64,000 bases of DNA from an uncultured Alphaproteobacteria bacterium. Its GTDB lineage: Bacteria > Pseudomonadota > Alphaproteobacteria > ATCC43930 > CGMCC-115725. Shown here one piece after another: positions 50,211 to 60,226 of this stretch (position 1 is its first letter; each line of letters starts with the position of its first letter). Under the pieces are notes generated by a model, which did not search any database, was not told the origin of the DNA, and saw only the letters and a list, made by a program, of their open reading frames with translations. The translations under genes were made by a program, and so were the position numbers. The stretch is taken from the NCBI GenBank assembly GCA_963773625.1, contig CAVZCJ010000005.1, positions 2,000 to 65,999 on the forward strand, written 5' to 3'.

Positions 50211-51827
50211 CTATTTGTCGAGCCAGATTGTCGCCAGATCCTGGTTGAGGAAATGGCTCGGGCTGATCTTCCAGCCTTTCACATAAGAGCGATACGGGAC
50301 AATCCGGTACCAGAAGGTAATCGGCAATTCGTACGCCTTCGTGTCGATCACGTACTTCTCGAAGTCGCGCATCAGCGCTCGCTGTTTTGCCGGGTCGGTC
50401 TCGTGCAGCATTTTCTGGTAGAGGTCGATCTCGGCCTGGTCCTCGTAGCCGCCGTAATTCTCGGTGAACACCGTGTGCGGCAGATACTTGCTGACATCGA
50501 GCACCGGGTTGACCACGCTCTGGCAGTTGGCCTCCATCGTTACGTCGAACTTGCCGGCGCGCATGTTCTCGAACCACGGGCCGGTCGGCACGACCTTCTG
50601 CGTCACGTGAACACCGATCTTGCTCCACTCGTCGACGACGAACGTGCCGACGTATTTGAACGGCTGGTCGACGTCGCGGTTGAGGAGTTCGAAGGTCAGG
50701 TTGTCGGCGCCGGCCTCATGCAGGAGGCGCTTGGCCTCGGCGCGCGATTTCTCGATGTCCGGCCAGAAGCCGGCCAGCTGCTGCAGTTCGTCCTTGGTCG
50801 CGGCGAGCGGCGAGCCGGGAAAGACGATGCCGGCGACGGTGCGGACGATCGCGATCTTCGACAGCGCCGGCCCGCCCTTCCACTGGTCGATCGCCAGTGA
50901 CAGGGCGCGGCGGACGCGCGGGTCGTCGAACGGCTTCTTGCGGCTGTTGTAGGTGAGCAGGTTGCCGCAGTTCCAGTCGCTCTCCTGCACGGTGATCTTG
51001 TCGCCCAGCTCCTTGACCAGCTGGTCGCGCGCCGAGGGCGGCTCGCTGCGGAATTCCATCGCCGCGTTGTCGGAGCGGATGGCGTCGACCCGGGTCGCGA
51101 GCTTGGGCGCATAGATGCCGACGAAGCCGTCAAGATAGGGCAGACCCTTGTGGTAGTAGTCCGGGTTGCGCTCGCCCTTGATCGATTGCCCGGCCTCGTA
51201 GCTGACGAACTTGAACGGGCCGGAACCCATCACGTTCTTTTCGTACCAGTGCGGCCCGCGGGCCGGGTCGTCGAGAATTGCCTTCTCGTAGATGAAGGCG
51301 AACGGGTCGGCGAGCGCCGGCAGAAAGGTCGTCGTCGCGAATTTGAGGTGAAAGACGACGGTCGATGGGTCGGTGGCCTCGACCTTGTCGACCATCACGT
51401 AGAACGCCTGGCGGGCGCTGGTGACGCCTTGCGGCGGGGAGATGATCTCCTGCCAGCTCGCCGCGACGTCGGCGGCGGTCAGCGGCGTGCCGTCGTGGAA
51501 CTTGACCCCGTCGCGGATCTTGAAGGTGTAGGTCTTGCCGTCATCGGTCGGCTTCGGGATTTCGGTGCACAGATCGCAGACGAAATCGGTCGTCGATGAC
51601 GGGTTCTCCGGGTTGATGCGGATCAGCACGCTGTAGAACGGCGCCATCGCATGGATCGTCGCGTAGGTCGCCTCGCGGTGGCCGTCGAAGCTCGGCGGCG
51701 CGTCGGCCGGGATCAGGTAGGTGAGGATGCCGCCGCGCTTCGGCGTCTCGTCCGCCAGGACGGGCGAGGCGGTGGCGAGCGCCATCCCCAACACAAGCGA
51801 TGCCGCTCTGGCGAATTTGCTTCGCAT
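50211..51827 (-). CDS. ABC transporter substrate-binding protein, family 5, paralogue 3 (intact, 538 aa)
   Basis: ORF 50211..51827: MRSKFARAASLVLGMALATASPVLADETPKRGGILTYLIPADAPPSFD...CDLCTEIPKPTDDGKTYTFKI...VKGWKISPSHFLNQDLATIWLDK. Confidence 0.92.
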   Translation of the reverse strand: MRSKFARAASLVLGMALATASPVLADETPKRGGILTYLIPADAPPSFDGHREATYATIHAMAPFYSVLIRINPENPSSTTDFVCDLCTEIPKPTDDGKTYTFKIRDGVKFHDGTPLTAADVAASWQEIISPPQGVTSARQAFYVMVDKVEATDPSTVVFHLKFATTTFLPALADPFAFIYEKAILDDPARGPHWYEKNVMGSGPFKFVSYEAGQSIKGERNPDYYHKGLPYLDGFVGIYAPKLATRVDAIRSDNAAMEFRSEPPSARDQLVKELGDKITVQESDWNCGNLLTYNSRKKPFDDPRVRRALSLAIDQWKGGPALSKIAIVRTVAGIVFPGSPLAATKDELQQLAGFWPDIEKSRAEAKRLLHEAGADNLTFELLNRDVDQPFKYVGTFVVDEWSKIGVHVTQKVVPTGPWFENMRAGKFDVTMEANCQSVVNPVLDVSKYLPHTVFTENYGGYEDQAEIDLYQKMLHETDPAKQRALMRDFEKYVIDTKAYELPITFWYRIVPYRSYVKGWKISPSHFLNQDLATIWLDK

Positions 51828-51849
51828 ATCCTCCCCCTATCGCTTTGGA

Positions 51850-53453
51850 CTACTGGTCGAGCCAGATCCGCGCCAGGTCCTGATTGATGAAGTGCGTCGG
51901 CGCGATCTTGAAGCCTTTGACGTAGGACCGGTAGGGCACGATGCGGTGCCACCACAGCACCCACATCGCATGCGCCTGGGTGTCGAGCATGTAGGTCTCG
52001 AAGGCGCGCATCGCCGTGCGCTGCTTTGCCGGGTCGGTCTCGTGCAGCATGGCGTCGTAGAGATCGACCGCCTGCTTGTCCTCGTAGCGCGCGTAATTCT
52101 CGGCGTCGACCGGCAGGAACTTCTGGATATCCATCACCGGGTTGACGATGCCGTAGCCGGGGGCCTCGACGACAACGTCGAAATCGCCCTTGCGCATCGC
52201 CTCGAACCACGGACCGGTCGGCACGACCTTTTGCGTGACGTGGAGGCCGATCTTGCTCCACTGATCGATCAGCCAGGTCCCGACGTATTTGTAGGGCTGG
52301 TCGACATTGCGGTTGAGCAGTTCGAAGCTGAGATTGTCGGCGCCCGCCTCCTTCAGCAGCCGCTTCGCTTCGGCGCGCGACTTCTCGATGTCCGGCCAGT
52401 AGCCGACCATCTGCTGCAGCTCGTCCTTGGTCGCGGCGAGCGGCGAGCCGGGAAAGACGATGCCGCCGACCGTCTGCACGATCGCGACCTTGGACAGCGG
52501 CGGCGCCCCGCCCCAGCGGTCGATCGCCAGGGTCAGTGCGCGGCGCACGCGGACATCGTCGAACGGCTTCTTCTGGTGGTTCACCGTGATCGCGCTGCCG
52601 ACATCCCAGTCGCCTTCCTGAACGGTGATCTTGTCGCCCAGCGCCGCGACCAGCTCGTCGCGCGAGGATGGCGGCATGCCGCGGAACTCGATCGCGGCAC
52701 GGTCGCCGCGGATCGCGTCGACGCGGGTCGCCTGCTTGTCGGCGTAGATCGCGATGAAGCCGTCGAGATAGGGCAGCTTGGGGTCGTAATAATCGGGGTT
52801 GCGCTCGCCCTTGACCGATTGCCCGGTCTCGTAGGCGACAAACTTGAAGGGCCCGGTGCCCATCACGTTCTTCTCGTACCAGTGCGGGTCCTTATCGAGG
52901 ATCGCCTTCTTGTAGACCCAGTTGAACGGGCTGGCGATCGCCGGGCAGGAACGCCTCGGTCGCGAATTTGAGGTGGAAGACGACGGTCTGCGCGTCCGGC
53001 GCCTCGACCTTGTCGACCATCATGAAGTTGCTGACCCGCGGGCTCAGCACGCCGGCCGGCGGGAAGATGATCTCGTTGAAGCTCGCGGCGACGTCGGCGG
53101 CGGTAAGGACCGAGCCGTCATGCCATTTGACGCCCTGGCGGATCTTGAAGGTCCAGGTCTTGCCGTCGTCGGTCGGCTTCGGCATCTCGGTGCACAGATC
53201 GCAGACGATGTCGGTCGTCGAGCTCGGATTGTCGGGATTGATGCGCACCAGCAGGCTGTAGAACGGCGCGAAGCCGTGCACCGTGGCGAAGGTGCTTTCC
53301 TTGTGCCCGTCGAAGCTCGGCGGCGCGTCGGCCGGGATCATGTAGGTGAGCGTGCCGCCGCGCTTTGGGGTCTCGTCCGCTGCTGCGGGCAGCGCCGCGC
53401 AACAGGACGAGCGCGGCGGCGAGGGCCGCCGCCCATCGTGCTCTCGATCCCAT
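51850..53453 (-). pseudogene. ABC transporter substrate-binding protein, family 5, paralogue 4, two frame shifts
   Basis: ATG 53453 (MGSRARWAAALAAALVLL), then the ORF 52892..53596 phase (..AALPAAADETPKRGGTLTYMIPADAPPSFD..CDLCTEMPKPTDDGKTWTFKI..), then ORF 51850..52866 (..VKGFKIAPTHFINQDLARIWLDQ). Breaks ~53396 and ~52950. Confidence 0.88.
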
Positions 53454-53493
53454 CCTCGTCCTCCCCTTTCGTTCTTGTTTTCGAGCTGACGGC

Positions 53494-55109
53494 TTACTTG
53501 TCGAGCCAGACCGTCGCCAGATCCTGGTTGATGTAGTGGCTCGGGCTGATCTTCCAGCCTTTGACATACGACCGGTAGGGCATGATCCGGTTCCACCAGA
53601 TGATCTGCGTCGCGTGCGCCTGCGTATCCATGACGTATTTCTCGAACGCGACCATCTCGGCGTGCTGCTTCGCCGGGTCGGTCTCGTGCAGCAGCTTTTC
53701 GTAGAGGGCTCGCTCATCCGGATCGGGAACGCTGCCCATGTTCTCGGCGCTGCCCGGCAGGAAGGGCTGCACGTCGAGCAGCGGGTTCACCACGCTGTGG
53801 CAGATCGGATAGTGCACGACGGCGAAATCGCCCGAGCGCATCGCCGCGAACCACGGGCCCGGTCGGCACCACCTTCTGGGTCACCTTGACGCCGATCTTC
53901 GACCACTGATCGACCAGCCAGATGCCGACATATTTGTAGGGCTGATCGACATCGCGGTTGAGCAGTTCGAAGCTGAGATTGTCGGCGCCGGCTTCGTGCA
54001 GGAGCCGCTTGGCCTCGGCGCGCGACTTCTCGATGTCGGGCCAGAACCCGGCCATCGACGACAATTCGTCCTTGTTCGCGGCGAGCGGCGAACCGGGGAA
54101 GACGATGCCGCCGACCGTCTTGACGATGGCGATCTTGGCCAGCGCCGGAGCGCCGCCCCAACGGTCGATCGCCAGGCTCAGCGCGCGGCGCACGCGCGGA
54201 TCGTCGAACGGCTTTTTCTTTTCGTTGAAGAACAGGTCGCTGCCGCAATTCCAGTCGCTCTCCTGGACCGTGATCTGGTCGCCCAGCGCCTGCTTCAGCT
54301 CGTCGGCGGCGGAGGGCGGCAGGCCGCGGAACTCGATCGCGGCGCGGTCGGAGCGGATCGCATCGACCCGGGTTGCTTCCTTCGGCGCGTAGATGCCGAC
54401 GAAGCCGTCAAGATACGGCAACCCCTTGTGATAGTAGTTGGGGTTGCGCTCGCCCTTGATCGACTGGCCGGCGTCGTAGCTGACGAAGTTGAACGGGCCG
54501 GAACCCATCACGTTCTTCTCGTACCAATGCGGCCCCTTGCTCGGATCGTCGAGGATCTTCTTCTCGTAGATGTAGGCGAACGGGTCGGCGAGCGCCGGCA
54601 GGAAGGCGCTGGTCGCGAATTTCAGGTGAAAGACGACGGTCGTCGTCGTCGGGCGCCTCGATCTTTTCGATGAGATCGCGGTAATTGCTGCCGCGCGCGC
54701 TGAGCACGCCCTCGGGCGGGAAGGTGATCTCGTTCCAGCTCGCCGCTACGTCCTGGGCGGTCAGCGGATTGCCGTCCTGGAACTTGACCCCGGTGAGGAT
54801 CTTGAAGGTGTAGGTCTTGCCGTCATCGGTCGGCTTCGGAATCTCGGTGCAGAGATCGCAGACGAAATCGGTGGTCGAGGACGGGTTCTCGGGGTTGATC
54901 CGGATCAGCACGCTGTAGAACGGCGACACCGAATGCACCGTCGCATAGGTCTCCTCGCGGTGCCCGTCGAAGCTCGGCGGCGCGTCCGCCGGGATCATGT
55001 AGGTGAGGGTGCCGCCGCGCTTCGGTGTGTCGTCCGCCGCTGCGGGCAGTGCCGGGGCGGCGAGCGCCAGGCCAAGCCCGGCCGCGATCAGTAGACGTTG
55101 CGTCTTCAT
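53494..55109 (-). pseudogene. ABC transporter substrate-binding protein, family 5, paralogue 5, two frame shifts
   Basis: ORF 54408..55109 (MKTQRLLIAAGLGLALAAPALPAAADDTPKRGGTLTYMIPADAPPSFD..CDLCTEIPKPTDDGKTYTFKI..), ORF 53714..54511, then ORF 53494..53841 (..VKGWKISPSHYINQDLATVWLDK). Breaks ~54650 (in a gacgacgacgac run) and ~53860. Confidence 0.88.
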
Positions 55110-55150
55110 TCCCGTTACTCCCTACCAACTCGCATCTTCGTCAACGAACC

Positions 55151-56151
55151 TCAGGCGACTTGGCCGCAGGCGACCCAATGGCCCGGCCGCAACTCGCGCA
55201 GCTGCGGGGATGACCTGCCGGCATTCCTCGACCGCGATCGGGCAGCGCGGGTGAAACACGCAGCCCGCGGGCGGGTTGATCGGGCTCGGCACCTCGCCGG
55301 GAAGCGGCTGGAAGCTGCGGTCCGCCTCGACCGTCGGGTCGGGCACCGGCACCGCCGCCAGCAGCGCCTTGGTATAGGGGTGGAGCGGGTTGTCGAAGAC
55401 CTCGTCGCATTCGGCGAGTTCGACGACGTGGCCAAGATACATCACCGCGACGCGCTGGCAGAGATGCCGCACCACGCTGAGATCATGCGCGATGAACAGA
55501 TAGGTGAGGTTGAACTTTTCGCGCAAATCCTCGAGCAGATTGATGATCTGCGCCTGGATCGACACGTCGAGCGCCGACACCGCCTCGTCGCAGACGATGA
55601 ATTCCGGATCGACCGCGAGCGCGCGGGCGATGCCGACGCGCTGGCGCTGGCCGCCCGACATCTCGTGCGGATAACGGTCGGCGAAATTGGGGTTGAGCCC
55701 GCAAATCGACAGCAATTCCTTGACCCGCGCCTCGCGGCGGTTGGCGTCCGGTTCGATGCCGTGCACCCGCATCGGCTCGCTGAGGATCGAGCCGACCTTC
55801 TGGCGCGGGTTCAGCGAGCTGTAGGGGTCCTGGAAGATGACCTGGATGCGCCGGCGCAGCCCGACCAGCGAGCGGCGGTCGAGGCCGGCGATATCGACCC
55901 CGTCGTAGAGGATCGCGCCCTCGGTCGGTTTTTCGAGGCGCAGGATGCAGCGGCCCATCGTCGTCTTGCCGCAGCCGCTCTCGCCGACCAGGCCCAGCGT
56001 CTCGCCGCGGCGGATCGTCAGGTCGACCCCGTCGACCGCCTTGACCTCGCCGACCTTGCGGCGAGACGACGATCCCCTCGGTGATCGGGAAGTGCATCTT
56101 GAGGCCGCGCACCTCGACGAGCGGCCTCTCCGCCGCGTCGATCGCCGTCAT
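55151..56151 (-). pseudogene. ABC transporter ATP-binding protein (DppF/OppF type), two frame shifts
   Basis: ATG 56151 ([23 protein letters not shown]..), then the ORF 55122..55958 phase (..[22 protein letters not shown]...[15 protein letters not shown]...) and the ORF 55151..55435 tail (..[18 protein letters not shown]). The start overlaps the upstream ATPase stop as ATGA. Confidence 0.88.
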
Positions 56152-57158
56152 GCGACCGCCTCCGGTTCGACGTCGAGCGACACCTCGCGGCTGCGGAAGC
56201 AGGCGGCGAGCTGACCGCTCTCGCCCACCGGCTCGAGCGGCGGCGCCTCGGTCGCGCAGCGCTCGACCGCGAAGCGGCAGCGCGGCCGGAACGAGCAGCC
56301 GGCGCCAAGCCGGGTCAGGTCCGGCGGCGAGCCCTCGATCGGGTCGAGCCGCGCTTGGCGCGGCCGGTCGAGCCGCGGCACCGACTTCAAGCAGCGCCAT
56401 CGTGTAGGGATGATGCGGCGTGTGATAGATCGCGGCCGCGCTGCCGCTTTCGACGATGCGCCCGGCATACATGACATTCACCCGGTGCGCGTAGCGCGCG
56501 ACGATGCCGAGATTATGCGTGATGACGATCAGCGCGACGCCGAGCCGGTGCGTCAGGCTCTGCATCAGTTCGAGGATCTGCGCCTGGATCGTCACGTCGA
56601 GCGCGGTCGTCGGCTCGTCGGCGATGATCAGCTTCGGCTCGCAGGCCAGCGCGATCGCGATCATGATCCGCTGTCGCATCCCGCCCGAGAGTTGGTGCGG
56701 ATACTGCTTCAACCGGCGCTGCGGGTCGGCGATGCCGACCAGTCCCATCAACTCCACTGCGCGCTTTTCGGCTTCGGCGCGGTCGCTGCCGCGATGTTGC
56801 TCCAGCGTCTCGGTGATCTGCCGGCCGATCGACAGCACCGGGTTCAGCGAGGTCATCGGCTCCTGGAACACCATGCCGATCTCGCCGCCGCGCACCTCGC
56901 GCATCTCGTCGTCGGAAAGCTTCATCAGGTCGCGGCCGTTGAACATCACCTCGCCGCGAGACGATGCGCCCCGGCGGGCTCGGGATCAGCCGCAGGATGG
57001 ATAGCGCGCCGACCGATTTGCCCGAGCCGCTCTCGCCGACGACGGCGACTGTCTCTCCCGGATCGACGCGTATAGGAAATGCCGTCGACCGCGCGCACGA
57101 TCCCGGCGCCGGTGCGAAACTCGGTGCGCAAGTTGCGGACTTCCAAGAGCGGCGGCAA
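56148..57158 (-). pseudogene. ABC transporter ATP-binding protein (DppD/OppD type), three frame shifts
   Basis: TTG 57158 after GAGGGAGAG ([28 protein letters not shown]), then ..[18 protein letters not shown].. (phase of ORF 56513..58120), ORF 55483..56949 (..[23 protein letters not shown]..), and ORF 56148..56477 (..[15 protein letters not shown]). Confidence 0.88.
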
Positions 57159-57312
57159 CGGCGGTTCTCTCCCTCAAACCTTACGCAAGGCTGACATGAA
57201 TTTTGTTGTTGCGCCGTTGGTAGCGGTTGCCATGCCAGGGTGTCAATCGCGGCGCCATTTCCGGCACTGGTTGCGCCCGCCGCAGCCCGAAATGTAGGCA
57301 ATTTGCCGCAGT

Positions 57313-58120
57313 TCAGCGCGCGCCGGGGTAGATGTCGGCGCCGTAGGCGCGACGGATGTCGGCGAGCAAGCGCGCCGGTCGGCGGGGCATAGGTCAGCCG
57401 CTTGCTGGTGAACTGCCCGGTCAGTGCGCGCATGTTGACCGCCAGTTCGCCGATCTTGACGAGCGCGATGAGGCCGTTGACCACCGGCGCGTTGTCGACC
57501 TCGTGAATGCCGGCATCGGCGAGGATCGTCATCACGATGCCGCCGGCCGGGATGACGCATTCCGCGCCCTTCTCGAGGCCCTGCCGCGCCGCGGCGCGGA
57601 ACTGCTCGATGACCGCGTTCCTGGCGGCCTCGTCCTCGAAAGCGCGGTCGAATTGCGCGGCCCGCTCGACCGCCATCTGGTCGATCGAGACGAGGCGGCT
57701 CGCAAGGCCATAGGAGGCGATGTTCTCGGTGACCCGCCGGGCGAATTTCGGGTTGACGTTGACCACCGAAAAGCTCGCGCCCATCAGGCAGGCGAGGTGG
57801 ACCGACGCCTCGCACAGGCCGAGCACCGGGATGTTCAAGAGCTCGCGCAGCGCGTGCAGGCCGGGCTCGAAAATGTTGCCGATCAGGAATGCGTCATAGC
57901 CCTCGCGCTCGGCCTTCAGCCCGTTGTCGAGGATTTCGCCGGTATCGAGGAATTCGAGATAGCGGTACTGGTCGGCGATCGCCTTGCCGGGGCCCAGCCC
58001 GTGCACCTCGACCGTCGGTGCCCGGCGCCGCGGCGCCTGCAGGATCGCCGCCAGCTTCTGCGCGTAGGGTCCGCTCGCGCCGCGGCGGCTCGCCCCGAGG
58101 CTCTGGTAGAAGAGCCGCAT
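57313..58120 (-). pseudogene. Asp/Glu/hydantoin racemase family protein, one frame shift near the 3' end
   Basis: N-terminal 250 codons of ORF 56513..58120: MRLFYQSLG...[34 protein letters not shown]...[16 protein letters not shown].. After ~57370 the true phase gives ..[18 protein letters not shown] (stop 57313-57315). The rest of the 535-aa ORF is out-of-frame read-through into the ATPase. Confidence 0.75.
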
Positions 58121-58123
58121 CGC

Positions 58124-59138
58124 TCACACGCCGAAGGTGAACCGGCTGCCGGTGCTCGACTGCACCACCTGGTCCGGCATCGCGCGCACCGCCGCGTCGA
58201 TGAAACGGCCGGCCGGTGCAGTGCATCGGCACGACGACGTCGGGCGTCGAGCGCCTTCAGCTCGGCGACGGTGTGCTCGATGTAGTCCGCCGGCGCCGCG
58301 CCGAGATGGAACCCGCCGATCACTGCGTGCACCTTCTCGACGCCCGACACCGCCTGCGCCGTCTTGACCGTGTTGATCACGCCGCAATGGCCGCAGGACG
58401 AGATCACCACCAGCCCGCGCCCTTGAACGACATAGCAGGTGGCGTGCTCGTCGGGGTGCTTGTCGAGGACGAGCTTGCCGCGCCGCTCGGCCTCGGTGAA
58501 ATGGTCGAGCGGGGTCGGCTCGACCAGCGTGGTCGGCGTCACCTTCTCGAACGATTGCCAGGCGATCGGGCCGCTGGTGAACGGCCCGGCAAGCGCATGC
58601 GCATGATCGCAGCACACCGTCTCGACGTGCTCGGCCGCCAGCGCCTGTCCGTCGAGCGCGCCCATCGGCACCGGGTCGCCGCCGCGCGCGCCGGTCCATT
58701 TCTCGCGGAAGGTCAGGTTGCCGGCGCCGGTGTAGAGCTTGACGTCGTCGCGCATCCCCGGCCGGTAGCGGTCGACAAAGCCGACCAGCCCGCCGTAATG
58801 GTCGCGGTGCGAGTGGCTGAGGATCAGCCCGTCGAGCTTTTCCGGCGCGATCCCGAGCAGGTCGAAATTGCGGTTCAGCACCTCCGGGGTGAAGCCGAAA
58901 TCGAGCAGATACTGGCTGCGCTCGCCGGCCGTTCTCGGATTCGAGGTGCAGCGACAGGCCCCATTCGCAGGCGAAGGTCTCGCGCTCGCGGCCGGGCATG
59001 CGCGCGACATGCTCGATCTTGACGTGCGGGTGCTCGGCCTTGGGCATGAAGATGTCGTGGTAGGAGTTCGACCACGAGCCGCACCGAAAGCGACGATACG
59101 GTCGGGGCCTGGAAGGGGTTCGAGGAGGTGAGAGCCAT
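58124..59138 (-). pseudogene. MBL-fold metallo-hydrolase, at least four frame shifts as assembled
   Basis: Stitched from ORF 58875..59138 (MALTSSNPFQAP..), ORF 58124..59047 (..MPKAEHPHVKIEHVARMPGRERETFACEWGLSLHLES..), ORF 57916..59232 (..LLDFGFTPEVL...LILSHSHRDHYGGLVGF...ISSCGHCGVINTV..), ORF 57894..58232 (..PMHCTGRPF..) and the tail IDAAVRAMPDQVVQSSTGSRFTFGV*. HxHxDH motif present. Confidence 0.8.
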
Positions 59139-59140
59139 GT

Positions 59141-59518
59141 CTAGCCGTCCTTGTCGAGAATGGGGTTGCCAAGTTTGAACCAGGCGCGCGCGATTTTGCC
59201 GGTGTCGATTTCATAGATCGCGATGACATCAACTGTACCGCGTCCGTCGGGAAAATTGCGCGTCACTACTTCTCGGTCGATCACCAGATTGCCTACCGAG
59301 ACGCGCGCGATCAGGGCGCCGCGGAGATCGGCTTCCTGGAAGCGGGTGAGGTGGCGGGTACGGATTTCGCCGGCGCCGCGCGCCAATAGTTTGTCAGGAA
59401 ATTCGAAATATTCGGCATCCTCGCGCCACGCCGCCATGAATGCGTCGATGTCGCGGGCGTTGTACGCGTCGAGCTGCCGGGCGACCACGGCTTCGGCCTC
59501 CGATGCGCTGCTGTTCAC
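59141..59518 (-). CDS. NTF2-like / SnoaL-like fold protein, ~125 aa
   Basis: GTG 59518 preceded by AGGAGG, inside ORF 59141..59806: VNSSASEAEAVVARQLDAYNARDIDAFMAAWREDAEYFEFP...GTVDVIAIYEIDTGKIARAWF. Its stop lies 2 nt before the MBL gene's start. Confidence 0.7.
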   Translation of the reverse strand: MNSSASEAEAVVARQLDAYNARDIDAFMAAWREDAEYFEFPDKLLARGAGEIRTRHLTRFQEADLRGALIARVSVGNLVIDREVVTRNFPDGRGTVDVIAIYEIDTGKIARAWFKLGNPILDKDG

Positions 59519-59551
59519 GGCAACCTCCTGGCTATCGCATCGGAATGGCGC

Positions 59552-60216
59552 ATGATGCGGGGCATGGCAAGCATGGAAGACGCGCTCGGCCTGCCGCAAG
59601 GCGCGTTCGCCCGCCTCGACGAGGAAGAAGACGAGGCGTTCTACGAGCCGGCGCGGCTCGTCACTCATATCGACGACAATGCGATCCGCGTGCTGCGCGG
59701 ACTCTATCGCGAGATTTTGCCGGCGGGCGGGGTGCTGCTCGATCTGATGTCGAGCTGGGTCAGCCATCTGCCGAAAGACATCGAATACGCCGAAGTCATC
59801 GGCCACGGCATGAACGCCGAGGAGCTCGCCGCCAACCCGCGCTTCTCGCGTTGGTTTGTCCAGAACCTCAACCGCGATCCCGAAACTGCCGCTCGCCGAC
59901 GCCAGCGTCGACGCGGCGATGATCTGCGTCTCGATCCAGTACCTGCAGCAGCCGGTCGCGGTGCTGCGCGAGGTCGGCGCGGGTGCTGCGGCCGGGCGCG
60001 CCGATCGTCATCAGCTTCTCGAACCGCTGTTTCTGGACCAAGGCGGTGGCGGTGTGGCGCGGCCTCGACGACAGCGGCCATGCGCGCCTCGTCGAGCTTT
60101 ACCTGCGCCATGCCGGGTTCGAGGCGATCGAGACCCGCCGGCTCGCGCCCTATATCGAGGACGAGCAGGACCCGATGTACGCGGCAATCGGCTATATTGC
60201 GCCGAAATTCGATTAG
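59552..60216 (+). pseudogene. Class I SAM-dependent methyltransferase, two frame shifts as assembled
   Basis: ORF 59552.. (..MEDALGLPQGAFARLDEEEDEAFYEPARLVTHIDDNAI...GVLLDLMSSWVSHLP..), ORF 59856.. (..KLPLADASVDAAMICVSIQYLQQPVAVLREV..), ORF 59983..60216 (VLRPGAPIVISFSNRCFWTKAV...). The exact start Met among 59552-59573 is uncertain. Confidence 0.8.
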
Positions 60217-60226
60217 GAGGCGAACG

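Noticed and set aside
56513-58120. 535-aa ORF that looks like a racemase-ATPase fusion
   Set aside because: Only the first ~250 codons (racemase) and a ~45-codon patch (..[18 protein letters not shown]..) make sense, and the stretch between is junk. The racemase's real C-terminus and stop (57313-57315) are in the next phase, and the ATPase has its own RBS and TTG at 57158. The ORF is a phase accident created by indels.
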